From the NCBI GenBank assembly GCA_951406725.2, contig OX597838.1, positions 6,200,001-6,264,000 of the forward strand: a stretch of DNA of 64,000 nt, read 5' to 3'. Below the pieces are notes generated by a model. The model saw nothing but the letters and a program-made list of their open reading frames with translations. It was not told the DNA's origin and did not search any database. Source of the DNA: Octopus vulgaris (taxonomy: Eukaryota). The translations under genes were made by a program, and so were the position numbers. Positions 25,353-39,990 of this stretch are shown here, piece after piece. Each line of letters begins with the position of its first letter. Position 1 is the stretch's first letter.

Positions 25353-25690
25353 AAAGACCCCCTTCGGTCATGAATGACCATGGGATTGCACCTAGAAAGT
25401 TACCCTCCTAGACACAAGTCCGGGCAAGGTTGTTTATGGAAGACCAGCAGTCGCCCATGCATACCAGCCTCCCCTCTCCACACCACCAGTGTTATCCAAG
25501 GGAAAGACAAAGGTCGATACAGCTCGGCACCAGTGACGTCGCAACTCATTTCTACAGCTGAGTGAACTGGAGCAAAGTGAAATAAAGTGTCTTGCTCAAG
25601 AACACAATACGCAGCCCGGTCCGGGAATCGAGCTCACAACCTCACGATCGTAAGTTCGACGCTCTTAACCACTGAGCTATGCGCCTTCAC
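25353..25690 (-). mobile_element. SINE family D (tRNA-derived CORE SINE), full length
   Basis: Revcomp GTGAAGGCGCATAGCTCAGTGGTTAAGAGCG (A box), GCTCGATTCCC (B box), GTGTTCTTGAGCAAGACACTTTATTTCAC (CORE-like). Confidence 0.88.
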
Positions 25691-25984
25691 TTATATATAT
25701 ATATATACATTTATATATATACATTTATATATACATTTATGAATAAACACACATACAAACGACCACACATCAGTTAACTGGATATTTATCGATAAGCATA
25801 CTTGTCATTACATCACTACGTGTATGTGGATGAGCGAGCGTGCGTGCATGCGTGCGCAAGTGTGATGTGTGTGTGGCCATTCATAGAAACGCTCACATAT
25901 TTAAAATAAATGTTTTATATGTATAAACCAATGAACATTGCATAATTGATAGAATGCATTTGTAGAATATATTTCAATTATAAT

Positions 25985-26054
25985 TCGTGTATGTGTATAT
26001 ATATATATATATCTATACATATACGTAAATATATGTATTGGCCACCGTGTGTGC

Positions 26055-26095
<41 letters not shown>

Positions 26096-26153
26096 TATAT
26101 ATATACTAATATGTATGTATATACATATATATATATATATACTAATATGTATG

Positions 26154-26186
<33 letters not shown>

Positions 26187-26250
26187 AAATATGTATGTAT
26201 ATACAAATATATATATATATATATATATATACAAATATGTATGTATATAC

Positions 26251-26286
<36 letters not shown>

Positions 26287-26331
26287 ATACAAATATATAT
26301 ATATATATATATATATAATATGTATGTATAT

Positions 26332-26382
<51 letters not shown>

Positions 26383-26660
26383 AGTATATATATATATACA
26401 AATATATAAATATATATATATATACAAGTATATATATATATACAAATATATATATGTATATACACAAATATATAAATATATATATATACAAATATATAAA
26501 TATATATATACAAATATATAAATATATATATACAAATATATAAATATATATATATACAAGTATATATATATATATATATACAAATATATAAATATATATA
26601 TGCACACATATATACACATATATATATATATATATATATTTATGCACATATGTATGTATG
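25985..26660. repeat. Long degenerate (TA)n with TACAAA/TATG interruptions
   Basis: Direct observation. Confidence 0.95.
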
Positions 26661-27199
26661 GATGGATGCAGTTTGTATGCGTCTACATATGTATACTGTG
26701 CGTGCGTATAAACCCATAAGCGTCAACGTTATATACATACGGTGGCTCCTATGAATATATTGCGAATATATTCATTCTTATACAAAAGCAAGCCGCGTAA
26801 AAATCGCCACCCGTTCATACATATTTCATAACTTCACATAGCTATGCTGCACACATATATAATTACTGGGTAACCAATACAATGTGCGTTATGAATAAAT
26901 AATATACTGACTAATTTCCACATAAATATGGTTTTATTTTATTTTTTTTTATTTTACTTTGAAATGTGTGTGTATGTGCATGTGTTGATACATTTGTACG
27001 TAAGGTGTGCATATATGGGCATATATGCGTGCATGTAGCCACGAATTTCTTTGTGTGAGTATATACGTGTGTGTGCATGTGTGTGTCAGCGTCTGTATGC
27101 GTACAAACGGATATAGATATATGTGTCTGTATATATCCATGTATTTGTTTCTTTGAGCATATACATACGTGTGTGTGTCATCTTCTGTGAGCGTACAAG

Positions 27200-27200
27200 C

Positions 27201-27292
<92 letters not shown>

Positions 27293-27361
27293 CATATATA
27301 TATATATATACAGATCTATATCAATGCACAGAGAACGTACGTACTTTAGGATATACACATG

Positions 27362-27401
<40 letters not shown>

Positions 27402-27450
27402 GCACATACTTTCACAAGCTAATGCACACATGCACACACACACACACACA
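27200..27450. repeat. (TA)n microsatellite cluster
   Basis: Direct observation. Confidence 0.9.
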
Positions 27451-28497
27451 AGCGAAATAATGTAAATCTTTTTAAATTAGTGCCTTGCAATAAAAAGGAA
27501 AATAAAAAAAATAATATATGTAAAAAATAAAAAAAAATAAATAATAAAGGATAGAACAAAAATAGAAATACGCAGATGAAGAAATGAAAGATGTTTTAAA
27601 CTTTGAACTTAGGAAAATACTGCATTCATTTTGAAATGATGTTGAATAGAAAAGTGGGAAAAACCAGACAATGTTGTTAATAAATTACAAATTCGGGCAT
27701 ACGGGAATGGCATAGAGAGCTGGAGATCAATAAACTTTATACAATTCTACAATCAACTTTCGTCTAATATTATACCTGCCACAAACGTCCACGTAAATTC
27801 AATATAATATATTCCCTCTTTCTTTTACAAACTGTTATTACATTACAATAGTAACTTTTTATCATCCCATTGACAACTCTAGGAATTGCAATTTAAAATA
27901 AATAAAAAGAAAAAAAAAGCCGTAAAAAGTATGTTAATAATAACAATGCTTTTTTTTTTTCCTCTTTTAAACAGAAGTAATAAAAAATAATAGTTTTGTT
28001 ATTTGTTTACATGAATATGGATATGTTAGTAACGCTATTTCTAAACACGGTGAGGCCGAAACAAATGCGTTGTGGGGGAAAAAAAAACAGCAATAGAAAT
28101 GTTGTCAGTTATATGTCCTGTAGTTAGTTAATGAGTAAAACCCAAATAAAACAGGAAGGGAAATCTCTGCTGTGCTTTCGAAATGTATTCCTCATTCTGC
28201 CTTTCTCATTGTTCTATCGGTTCCTTTTTCTTTTATACTGCAAGTAGTAAATGCAAAAGCATTGATATGGATATAACCGTAGATGAAAATCTGCTATTCT
28301 AGCCTTGAGGCAGAGAGAAAGTGTGTGAGAGAGAGAGAGGAGGGGGAGAGAGAGAGAGAGAAGGAGACAGAGACAGACAAAAACCAGAAACAGAGTTTAT
28401 GGTTACCCTCTCTGCGAAATAATAAAGAATGCGAGGTGATCTCCACGAGGGACCTGTTAAATAGCGAACTCATCTTGCACACGACTATTTCAACGAA

Positions 28498-28720
28498 GGC
28501 GGCGAGATGGCAGAAACGTTAGCACGTCGGGCGAAATGCTTTGTGGTATTTCGTCTGCCGCTACATTCTGAGTTAAAATTCCGCCGAGGTCGACTTTGCC
28601 TTTTATCCTTACGAGGTCGATAAACTCAGTACCAGTTACGCACTAGGGTCGATATAATCGACTTAATCCGTTTCTTTGTAACCTCTGTGTTTAGCTCCTT
28701 GTGAGTATTAAAAAAAAATA
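28498..28720 (+). mobile_element. SINE family B, tail type 2
   Basis: GGCGGCGAGATGGCAGAAACGTTAGCACG...CCGAGGTCGACTTTGCC...TGTGTTTAGCTCCTTGTGAG. Confidence 0.88.
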
Positions 28721-29168
28721 GAGTATTTCAACATAACTTTATATTCCCACATTTGAGCACAGAACGAGTGCATAGAAAAGGATTTTGCCACTCTCTGCAC
28801 GTTTTAGACGGTGTTGGATTACGACACACTTGGCACTCTCAGATTCTATGCAGGGAATTCTTCGTTACAGCTTTCCAAATTTATGGGCTACCAAAAATGC
28901 CCCAATAAACTACGGAAACGTAAATTTCAGTTGATCATCTATTTCCATCATCTTCCCAAGAATATCGTCACTTATCGCTGCCTACTTCGGCGATCTCTGG
29001 TTTTGCCAGTGATAGCAGGTTATGAGAAACACGACAATAGTCCTATAATAGTAGCCTTTTCATGCAGGACTCCTTGCTACTTTATAAAGACAAGAGTAAA
29101 GTATTGCACACCCCAACAATAAACAATAAAAAAAAACAAAACCAGGAACGTTTTAAAATTTCTATAGA

Positions 29169-29885
29169 TACGTGATCTGATCAATAAGTATATGGACTGT
29201 CGACATAGTAACGAAGCTAAAGCACACACTATAAAGCCGTTTGCCACAGATTGACCTTGAACGATCTTGTGCACGAACACTAAGTTTTAACGTTGTAGCT
29301 CACTTCCACTGTTTACAGCAGTGCTTGGAAGGAAGGTGTATCGCGTGTGATGTAGCATTGAGCATGGCAGAGAAAGTCCAGCCTCTGAATAGCATGGCGA
29401 AAGCTGCTCAGAGGCCTACTCAAAGTTGTCCAAAAGTTTTCCTCGTTCTCGGCACAATCAGGGAGATCCTCCTGTGCAACTGAAACCCGAATGTCATTTT
29501 GTTTAACTGAAAGTTGTTATGGCACAAACCAGGCAGACGCGCGTCTCATAACCAAATCTTTAGTTTCTTCCATCTTGCAAACGTCTGAAACACTCGTACA
29601 CTTGTGTGCGGCTCATACACTCCTCTTCATTCACTTCCTGCAACTTTGCGCCAGCCTCTGAGCAGATATTGACATGATTGTTTCGTCATGGTCAATGCGA
29701 CGATCCCCCACTACACACCTGCCTTCTAAGCAATGATGTGAGTAGCAGAAATGAGTTAGAAAGCTAAAATTTGGTGCGCATACACAGTAGCGTTTGAGAT
29801 CATTAATTCTCAAGCGGTTTCACTCATCGTGCTTTAGATTCGTTACCATAGCAACTGTCCGGATATTTTTTGACCAGACCTCGTT
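29169..29885 (-). mobile_element. Internally deleted mariner (MITE) with inverted arms of about 250 bp
   Basis: Ends TACGTGATCTGATCAATAAGTAT and GGATATTTTTTGACCAGACCTCGT. Minus-strand remnants MSRTQVYECFRRLQDGR and DLVMRRASAWFVP resemble the mariner HTH and WVP motifs. Confidence 0.85.
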
Positions 29886-31769
29886 TAGACCATATCAAAG
29901 TGTTGAAAATCTCTATAGGTGTAGCGGTCTCACCGATGGCGTACACTTCAATTTCGACAGTACCTCAGCTCCACGTACATACAACATGAGTTACGTTAGT
30001 AGCACCATCGAAGGATCAAAATTTCATACAAATGATAAACGAGACGGCCATGTGCCAAACATTTTGTGATTCGAAACTCTTGTGAGCGGATGACATGTGA
30101 TCGAAGTACCATGCTAGTTGTTGCTGTTCATACAACTGAACCAGGGACTGATAACGAGAACAAAGCGTATTCATTTAGGAAAACAACCAGTAGGTAATAT
30201 CAGTTCCATTTAAACCATTTCCATTTAATTAGATGGAGTGGAACACCAATACACGAAGATATTATGACGATTCAATTTATAATTTTTAATTCAACATATC
30301 ACATTTACATTTAAAATTTCAATAGATGTTCAAGGGTTGGTGTTGATAAAAATGAAATCGTTTTATGGTCATAGTCACTCGTCTACAAATGAATTGAGTG
30401 TTTTTTTATGTGTAATTTCTTACATAACAAAACTGATTCTCTAATAATTCTCTTTCATGTCATATTCGCCCCATTTATTATTTATAATATAAACCTGTCA
30501 GTTCACTCCTATTGAAGTTATAATCCTGTTCATGCAAGCTTTTCTATCTAGAAAACGATTCGTTTAGCCTAGTTGAGAAATATGTTGAGCGAACATGTAA
30601 TGCATTTGCGGTTCGTATATCAAAAAATCCGATCAAGTGGAAAATGTAAACTGCCTCTGTTTGTTAAAGTAGCAAATATGTTCCATATATATGACCTAGA
30701 TGATTCATATCGATTTTTCAACGTCTATAACTTCATAGATGAGAATGGATGTAATATCTGTCAAACAAGCGAACACGCCTTTACTGGCGTAGTTTTTCCC
30801 CTTGAATTCTTTCTGACATAATAATTTGTTTCGGATTCCTCTAAGCTCGCCAATAATCCAGCACAAACTATCTGATATATTATTTGTGTTTCTCCTTAAC
30901 AAAACACGGTAAAGTACACAAAAAAGCTCGGGAATCTGCCGAAGTCTGAGAATACTACGTGTATTATTATAGCATAGATCATTATTAGTCTCATAATGAT
31001 CTATATCCGTGTACATAACCACTAATCTGTTTTTTCGGCAGAAGCGAATCTTGTTTACATGTGAAATAGTAGCTTCCAGAACAAATAAGTCGTAACAATG
31101 CCTCGGCTGTCGGATGAAACGTTAAAACTTACTTATTCCAGACTCCACCACTCAGAAGAGAGTTTTTGTTTGCGTAAGGAAAAACCTGCATCTTTAGATA
31201 ACACATTTAACCTTATTTAATTTATTGCCTGACATTTTCTCCTTGGCAGTCAAGTTTCATTGGGTTTTGTGAGATATTTCCTTCATTTGTATTCCGAACT
31301 CGTCCGGTATCTTCTCCCAATCTTCCATAAGTTTTGTCTAGCATGTACCTAAAAGTATAGCTAAAGCTCTGAATGGTTACACAGGGAGTCGCCATTTCCC
31401 GTCATATCTATTTAGTGGTGAGATTTTCAGAAGTGATTTTTCGTTTAACACTTTAACCCTGACACATTTCCCTTCAAATTCACCTCACAAATTTGTCTTA
31501 TCGCAGTAAGAAATATCATCAATTAGATTTATTACCATTACTTTCTGATTTAAGAACAAGGACAGCACTTTTTGGCGAGAGAAGCATAATTGATTACATG
31601 GGTTACTCGAAAGAATGAAAGGTAAATTTGGCATTAGCGACATTTAAACTCAAAACAAAAAATACTCTAAACAAATACCGTTTAATGTGTCCGAATCGCT
31701 TTTAGACTCTCGCAAACGTCTGCCTGTCTTCAATCTATAATTAACGGTTCCTCGTTAAAGCAAAAGGCA

Positions 31770-32480
31770 GCAACTTTTGGGAAGTGTGGAGAGTCGCCGG
31801 AAAGCTTGGAGAATGGTATGTTGGAGGGGGAAGGGTAAAATGGTGATAGGTGATGGGAAAAGGGGACAGGTAATGGCCGGGGAGATGCGGGGAGAAAGAG
31901 CAGAGGTACGTTCCTCGGAACGAGATTTGGCAAGGACAGTGTGGATTGTAGTGAGGGAATACCCACGAAAGATGAAATTGCGAGATCCGAGTTGAGACAG
32001 TTTCAAAGTCATGGTCGTCACTGCAGAGTCTTCAGTAGAGGAAGGAGAGCTTGGTGCGGATAAGGTGGGTGGAAGAGAAGTTAAGGTAGGAGTGTGAGTC
32101 GGTGTGTTTGTAGTGTATGGAGGTAGTGAGTGCAGAGTGGTGTATACTGATAGAAAAATCGGGAAATTAGACGGAAGGGTTAGAAATAGCGCGGGGGAAT
32201 TCGAGGGTAGGATGGAATGATTTAAAGAAAAAGAAAAGGTGTCTAGTTGTACGCTGGAGACTGAGGACGCACCGACAAAATCATCGATATAACGACCGTG
32301 TATTTCTGAATTGGGACCAGTGAATCGTGAGAATATTTGTGAATTAACGTAGCGAACGAACAGGTTTGAATAGATAGAGCCCCCATTCTTGTTCCCATGG
32401 CCACTCTCGAGCATGTTGGTAAAAAAATCCCCCGCGAACGAGTATCGTTGAGGAAGAGAAGAAATTCAGCCAGACGAAGA
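31770..32480 (-). pseudogene. Penelope-like retroelement reverse transcriptase, decayed fragment
   Basis: Across frameshifts: LRLAEFLL, VAMGTRMG, YSNLFVRYVNSQIF, RYIDDFVGA (catalytic YIDD), RGYS, LQHTILQAFRRL. Motif order is typical of PLE RT. Confidence 0.88.
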
Positions 32481-32569
32481 AAATCTATATCTGTGTTTGT
32501 GTGTGTGTATGCGTGTGTTTGTGGGTGTGTGTGTGTGTGTGTTTGTGTGTATGTGTATTTGTTTCGTGT

Positions 32570-32790
32570 ACGTATGTGTGTTTTGGAGCTAGTGAGACGC
32601 ATCACTGCTTGAAAACTAGTCTTGTTGTGTATGCGTCACCATAAGCTAGCGGTTCGGCAAAAAGAGGCTGATAGAATTAGTACCAGGTTTTAAAAAATAA
32701 ATAATAAGCTCGATTCCTTCGACAAAATGTTCTTCAAATCGGGTCGGTGCTACAGAATGGCCGCTATTCAAAGCCAGAGACGAGCAAATG
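32570..32790 (+). mobile_element. SINE family A tail half, diverged
   Basis: TAGCGGTTCGGCAAAAAGAGGCTGATAGAATTAGTACC...AGAATGGCCGC. Confidence 0.7.
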
Positions 32791-32868
32791 ACAAAAGATA
32801 TATTATGTCTCTCGTTCTCTCTCGAAGTATATTTATATAATGAGCGTCTGTGTGTGTGTGTGTGTGTT

Positions 32869-32926
<58 letters not shown>

Positions 32927-33119
32927 ATGTGTATATCTACATGTAAACACCAAAATACCCTTCGTCAAAAGTTGTGATTGTGAAGTGATTTTTTAATTCA
33001 TAAAAACAACATTAAATGTTGCTAAAACAATAATTCTGAATCTAAAACATAACTGATGCTTTATATAATAATTGATAGGTTCTATCGACTCAAATGACAA
33101 CTTGTCATGATTTATTATT

Positions 33120-33155
<36 letters not shown>

Positions 33156-33954
33156 TTTCACTTCATATTCCTATTTTTGATTCGCTCTGGTATTGTTTTA
33201 GTTGATGTGCAAAACAAGCAAAATTATTTAAAATAATCAAAAGAAAATATATTGTAAATTTATGCCAATACTGACTGTTATGTTTTCGTAATTCGTAGAT
33301 TGACGTCTAGACAATAGACAGCCACTATTTTATTAGACAGTCGATTCGAAGAGGTGTAGAACAAGTTATTAGTTAATTCTAGGTAATTCTATTCGAGTGA
33401 TACAACGAAAATCTAATTAACCTACCTGAACTAATTACAGCTATTCCAATTTACGTTCGTACGATATCTAGACCCGGGTTCCATATTAGATTATTTAAAT
33501 AATGTGTGTGTTTTTTTCAGAACGCACGATACCCTACCCATTCTGAATTTATATTTTGTTTTTTAAAGCTGATTATTCAGTTGGTGCTCATCAACATCAG
33601 AATGAAAGATTATTTCGGAGCAATTTCATACATTCATAATAAAATGTCGACACGGCACCTACCTTCCTATGCGGCGCGGTGTTATTGCTAAAACAAGTTA
33701 CAATGCCATCCGCAAAAACAGACTGTCCTGAAATATACTTGAAAAACCCCTCTGTTATGGAATAAATTCATAAATACCAACACAAGGAATACTGCTGGAA
33801 TATTCCCATCAAAATGTCTGTCAAATTTTAATATAAGCCGAATACCTTTGTTTGGAACGGAGAGGCAAAGTATATACCATCATAAAGGTATATATATATA
33901 TATATATATAGGAAATGTTGTGAATTATGAACCATAACACTGTTGGATTGATTT

Positions 33955-34042
33955 TGACTAACAACAGTTTCAGCCATGTCCAATTTTAGTGAGAAGCTAT
34001 TACATCATGTAAAAAAGATAAACGTCCTCTTCAGACTAATTA
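33955..34042 (-). ncRNA. Decayed hammerhead-like motif near a (TA)n tract
   Basis: Minus strand reads CTGAAGA-GGACGT...ATGGCT-GAAAC-TGTT-GTT. Stem II is partly paired; stem I is poor. Confidence 0.35.
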
Positions 34043-34882
34043 AGAGTAAAATTTAAGACTTAGTATTTTTCAAATTAATAAACCATTAGGGATATTGTCT
34101 ACACACACATAAATGTATGTGTGTATGCATATGTACGCCTCTCTTTTCCTACCTCTCTCCCTGTAATATGTATGTATGTATGTATGTATGTGTGTATGTA
34201 TGTATGTATGTATGTATGTATGTATAAATATATATGCATGCACACTCATATATGATCTGAGTTCTGTTATGTGTTACCAATTCCTAGACATATTACATCT
34301 TCTATATGTCTAGCACTAGTTATAACGTATCACATCCTCTCAACAACTTTTTGAATTCTGTACCTATATTAAATCTTACAGTAAAGGAGAATCTTAATTC
34401 AAAGGAATAAATGTCTTTCTATTTGATTATTTCTCTTTCATATGCACTTAATACCTTTCCATAAAAATCGGGTCCTGTGCACCACTTTTATTCTCAGAAT
34501 ATTACGGAGATTAGCATGATGTAAAGTTAGTCGAAGCTTGGCAATGTTTGTGGGTGTTTATAGAACGAAATCAATCCCTGTATTGATTTCGCAGATATCG
34601 TCACACAGATAATAAACAAATATTTTAATTCAAATATTTACTTGATTACTTATCCTCACTAACTCAATATAACAGCTCCAAACTTGGGTTTAAGTAGCCT
34701 ATCTTCATAGAATCCACCGATGTTAGATGTATGAGTGTTAGTGTGTGTGTCTTTGTATTTGTGTTTATGAATGACAAACAATTGGGAACTCGATGTGTTG
34801 AGTGTCGTAACTTTTTATTGAATGCAAATAATTTAAGCTACTTAAATATAATATCTGTAGTAGTAGTAGTAGTAGTAGTAGT

Positions 34883-35085
34883 CATTTCTACTATCGGCAC
34901 AAGGTTAGAAATGTGAGGGAGAGGAAAATCGATTGCATCCACCCCAATACGTAACTGGTACTTAAGTTATCGACTCCGAAAGAATGAAAGGCAAAGTCAG
35001 CCCCGACGTAATTTGAACTGCCATTGTTGCGGCAGACGAAATATCACCAAATATTTCGCCCGGCGTGCTAACGATTCTACCAGGA
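34883..35085 (-). mobile_element. SINE family B, diverged, flanked by (TAG)n and (TAA)n
   Basis: TAACTGGTACTTAAGTTATCGACTCCGAAAGAATGAAAGGCAAAGTC...TTTCGCCCGGCGTGCTAACG. Confidence 0.8.
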
Positions 35086-35142
<57 letters not shown>

Positions 35143-36218
35143 TATGATGATGATGTGTATGAAATAAAAGATGTGTTTCTTTAAGTTTACAGTTTCTTCA
35201 GCGCCCAACGAACACGAAGCGAACAACGAAACAATACTGCAAAATTCTTCGAGCCAAATAATAATAACAACAACAACAATTACAACGAGAAAGCAAAACA
35301 GTCAGATAACAATTGCTACAACATCAACAACAATTACAACAACAACAACAACTAGTTCAACAGTAAAATACAACAAAAACAAATTTCAACACATAATAAT
35401 AACTACAACAATAATCAGATTAAATATGATATCTTTCAATATTTGTCTTGGAGATAATTCGTTTCCCCGAAGAACAAAATATAATATCTATATTATCTGA
35501 TCGGATTTTCTAAATCAGGTGTGTCTTTTTTTTTATTTACATTATTTTGTGTAGTTTTGTGTTTTATTTCGTGATGTGTTTAACACTTATGGCTTTCATC
35601 CTATATTATTATCATGTTTTTTTTTTTCTCCTAGAGTACTCCCGCCCAACTTCTACACTATATGTTGTGCTACAACACTTATGTAGACATAAAAAAAAAA
35701 ATATATATATACACACACACACATATCTATCTATCTATCTATCTATCCATCAATATATATATATATATATGTGTATATATATTATGTATATATATATTAT
35801 GTATATATATATTATGTATATGTATATATATATATATATATATAAATGTATGTATGTTTCTATGTGTGCATGTATGTAGAAATTATTATGCCTATGTGCA
35901 TTCATGTTAATCGCTAATAGAATACATACGTGGTGTCTCTTAGAATATTTATCTGGCTGACAACCACCAATGCCTATCTATCATAAGTGCATTGAAATAT
36001 TGTTCTCTGTCTAGTCAACATCTACAGACTGTGTCTATCTACCTAGAATCTATGTTTTTGTTCTACCTCTGCAGGAAATATCTAAATACTTCATGAATAT
36101 GCGTGTGTACGTGTGCACGCGCGTGTCTATGTGTATATATTTATATGAATGTGTGTGTGTATTTATACATGATTACACGTGTGTGTGTGCACATGTGTGC
36201 GCATGCATATATGAATCC

Positions 36219-36251
<33 letters not shown>

Positions 36252-36821
36252 TGTACGCATAATATATGTGTATCCTTATGTATGTATGTATATATGTACA
36301 CCTACAGATGTACGTATAATATATATACATATATATATGTTTGTGTGTGTGTGTGTGTGTGTGTATGTGTGCGTGTGTATGTGTGTATGTGTGCGTGTGT
36401 ATGTGTGTGTATGTAAATATATGTGTGGATGCATTATTTATGCGTGTGTGTTTATGCGTGTCTGTGTGCGCGTGTGTCTACGCAAGTAAACATCCGCTAA
36501 ATATATCTTTCAAATCAACATCTTCAGGCTGTTTTATATATTCTTCTTCATGTTCAGAGCTCACTTATTCCTTCAGACTGTATCGTTAGATTTAACTTGA
36601 TGCACTACAAGCTAAAAGAAATCAGTAATTGCAATCTCTAATTCAACCGACACCAAAAAAAAAAATTGTCTTTAAGAGTTAAAAGAAAGCTATATATTTT
36701 GTCTGGTCTGACTTTACTCCGTTCTCACATGCTATAATGTTTTATTAGAAAAACACATTTTTTTTTATATATAGTGAGAAAGAAATTGAATCTATATTAG
36801 CTAATGTCCAGGCTAATATAT

Positions 36822-37390
36822 TTTCTGGAGATCCTTCGGTTACGTTAATGAGTTTTCCAATGGATCCGATGAACGGATCTGCCTGCTTGGGAAATTTAAG
36901 TGCAAGTGGCTGAGCACCCCACTGAAAGGTAGGAGAGTCCAGTTTGCTGGATATTGTTGAAGAGCTGAAAAAAAAGTAATTTCTACTCTTCTCCTCTGGA
37001 AGCCATCTACTCGCGATACCAGAAGGCGCACACTCTCCTACCCTGATGTAATCTCCAGGGATAGAGGCATCCAGCAACAGGACCTCCGTAATGCCATGAT
37101 GGACCGTGAAGTCTGGGGTAGCATGGTAAATTCCATTGTCTCGACCACGGTCGAACAATGATGATGACCCCACTACAAAGCAAAGTTTTGACGGAGCTTC
37201 AGCCTGAGACGTAAAGCAAAAGGTCCGGCCCTTTTTATTGCGGCTACAATTCATTTTTTTTCCATCTGAATGGACTGGAGTTACATGAAAAATAAAGGGT
37301 GTTCTACAAGGGCACAACGCGCCGACGTGAATCGTTCCCATGACCTCATGATCGTCAGCTGAATACTGAAAACTAATCCACGTGCCTTCA
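36822..37390 (-). mobile_element. Old D-head/C1-tail SINE split by an RTE insertion
   Basis: C1-tail remnant GTGCAAGTGGCTGAGCAC at 36900-36917; head remnant GGACTGGAG...AATAAAGGGTG...GTGCCTTCA at 37270-37390. Confidence 0.6.
36924..37166 (+). mobile_element. RTE-clade LINE 3' fragment with 8-bp TSD
   Basis: KGRRVQFAGYC*RAEKKVISTLLLWKPSTRDTR...AMMDREVWGSMVNSIVSTTVEQ*, then (TGA)n. ACCCCACT at 36916-36923 and 37167-37174. Same family as 24137-24552. Confidence 0.9.
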
Positions 37391-38923
37391 TACTAATATT
37401 ACTAATGTAGATTTACATTAATGTTAGGTGTGTCTGTGGAGGGCTCAATCGATTGAAGTTAATTTCTCGAGTAGGCTGTTCTGCTGATCAAATCAAGAGG
37501 GACCCTCTTCGTAGTAACCGAGTGAATACCAGGTTTTAGATTGCTTCCTTCGTGGTCTTTGTTCTATGTCTGATGTGCACATGATTCCTTTTAACCGTAA
37601 TGTCACGTCTTGTTATCCAAAACCCAGTAGCAAACCTTTTTTACGATCGGTTTAAGGGGGTCTATAATACAGTACCCATATATACTTATTTCGAGCTAGG
37701 ATATTTCTAGCGAATATTTTCCTCATCACTACTTGCTTGTCAGTGGCCCTTGTTTATAGACTGTGAATTTACCAGGAAGAAAATATTAGATGTGAAATGA
37801 TAAATCTGACGAGAATATGGCGAAACTAAATCGAAGCGTTTCGGCACAACAAACTAGCCAACAAATGTGTTTTAACGTTAGATAACAAATATTCACAGCT
37901 ATTCATATATTCTGTTCAGGTTAGAGGTAAAAGTAAACAAGATGTATGAAGAGAAAAAAAAGAAAATTTGCCAAAAACAATAAAACAACCAAAAAAAAAA
38001 AAAAAACCTGGCTAAATGATGGAACGATTCGAAGAAGAAAAATAACACAAGCTCACGATGATTTATGAGAAATTGGTAAAAATTCGAGGTCGAATATATA
38101 AACTAGAAATATATTAAGTTGTACTTCATTAAAACATAGAGTTATGCTGAGTTAGTGTTCGTAAGAATTGATTATGGTAAATTCTTCTCGAAGCGTGTCT
38201 AATCGCAATAAAGTAATAAATAAATACTAATGCATCGAAGCCAAGTCATATGTCGACTACAAATTATGACTAGAGTATTTTAATATTTACTAAATAAACA
38301 TGTGAATGTCATATTAGACAAATATGTGAATGTGTATGTTGTATATGTATCATAAGCATGTGGATGTATACGCACACACAGACACGCTTACAAAAACGCA
38401 CATACACAAATAATCCATAACCGTTAGTTCGACAAAATACACCTTGTTTCGCCTACGGTTAGTCTGGAACGATATATGAGCCTCAGGCGGAGCGGATTCC
38501 CTTTACAGGTATAGACTGTGAAATTTTGTATACAAAGTGATTTAAACCCCATATTTTCACGCTACCTCCTACAGGTTTACTATCTTCCAGATTGATCGTT
38601 CCTAAACATAATTCTATTATTGTATGCTTGTGAATACGCGTGAAATGCCTCAAAATAAACGTATAAGATCTGCCGCATTAAGGTAATGATTTGACTTTTG
38701 TATCTCGTTACACACAATGAGTAGATGATAAAGTACGCTAAAAGAAGGAAGGCTCACCTGTTTATAATTTACCAACCTCAGCTGGGAAGCAAAATAAAAT
38801 ACTACCTTTACCTCTGTCAGTGCGGCTATACGCACATATTTGTTAACTATCATCGAAAGATTTCGTTTCTTGTTGGCAGGAATCCACTCACAAAACCTTG
38901 TTAAACTTTAGAAAACACACACA

Positions 38924-39990
<1,067 letters not shown>

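Noticed and set aside
37800-37850. CTGACGA...CGAAAC hammerhead-like spacing
   Set aside because: Stem II has only 1 bp and there is no stem I; probably chance.
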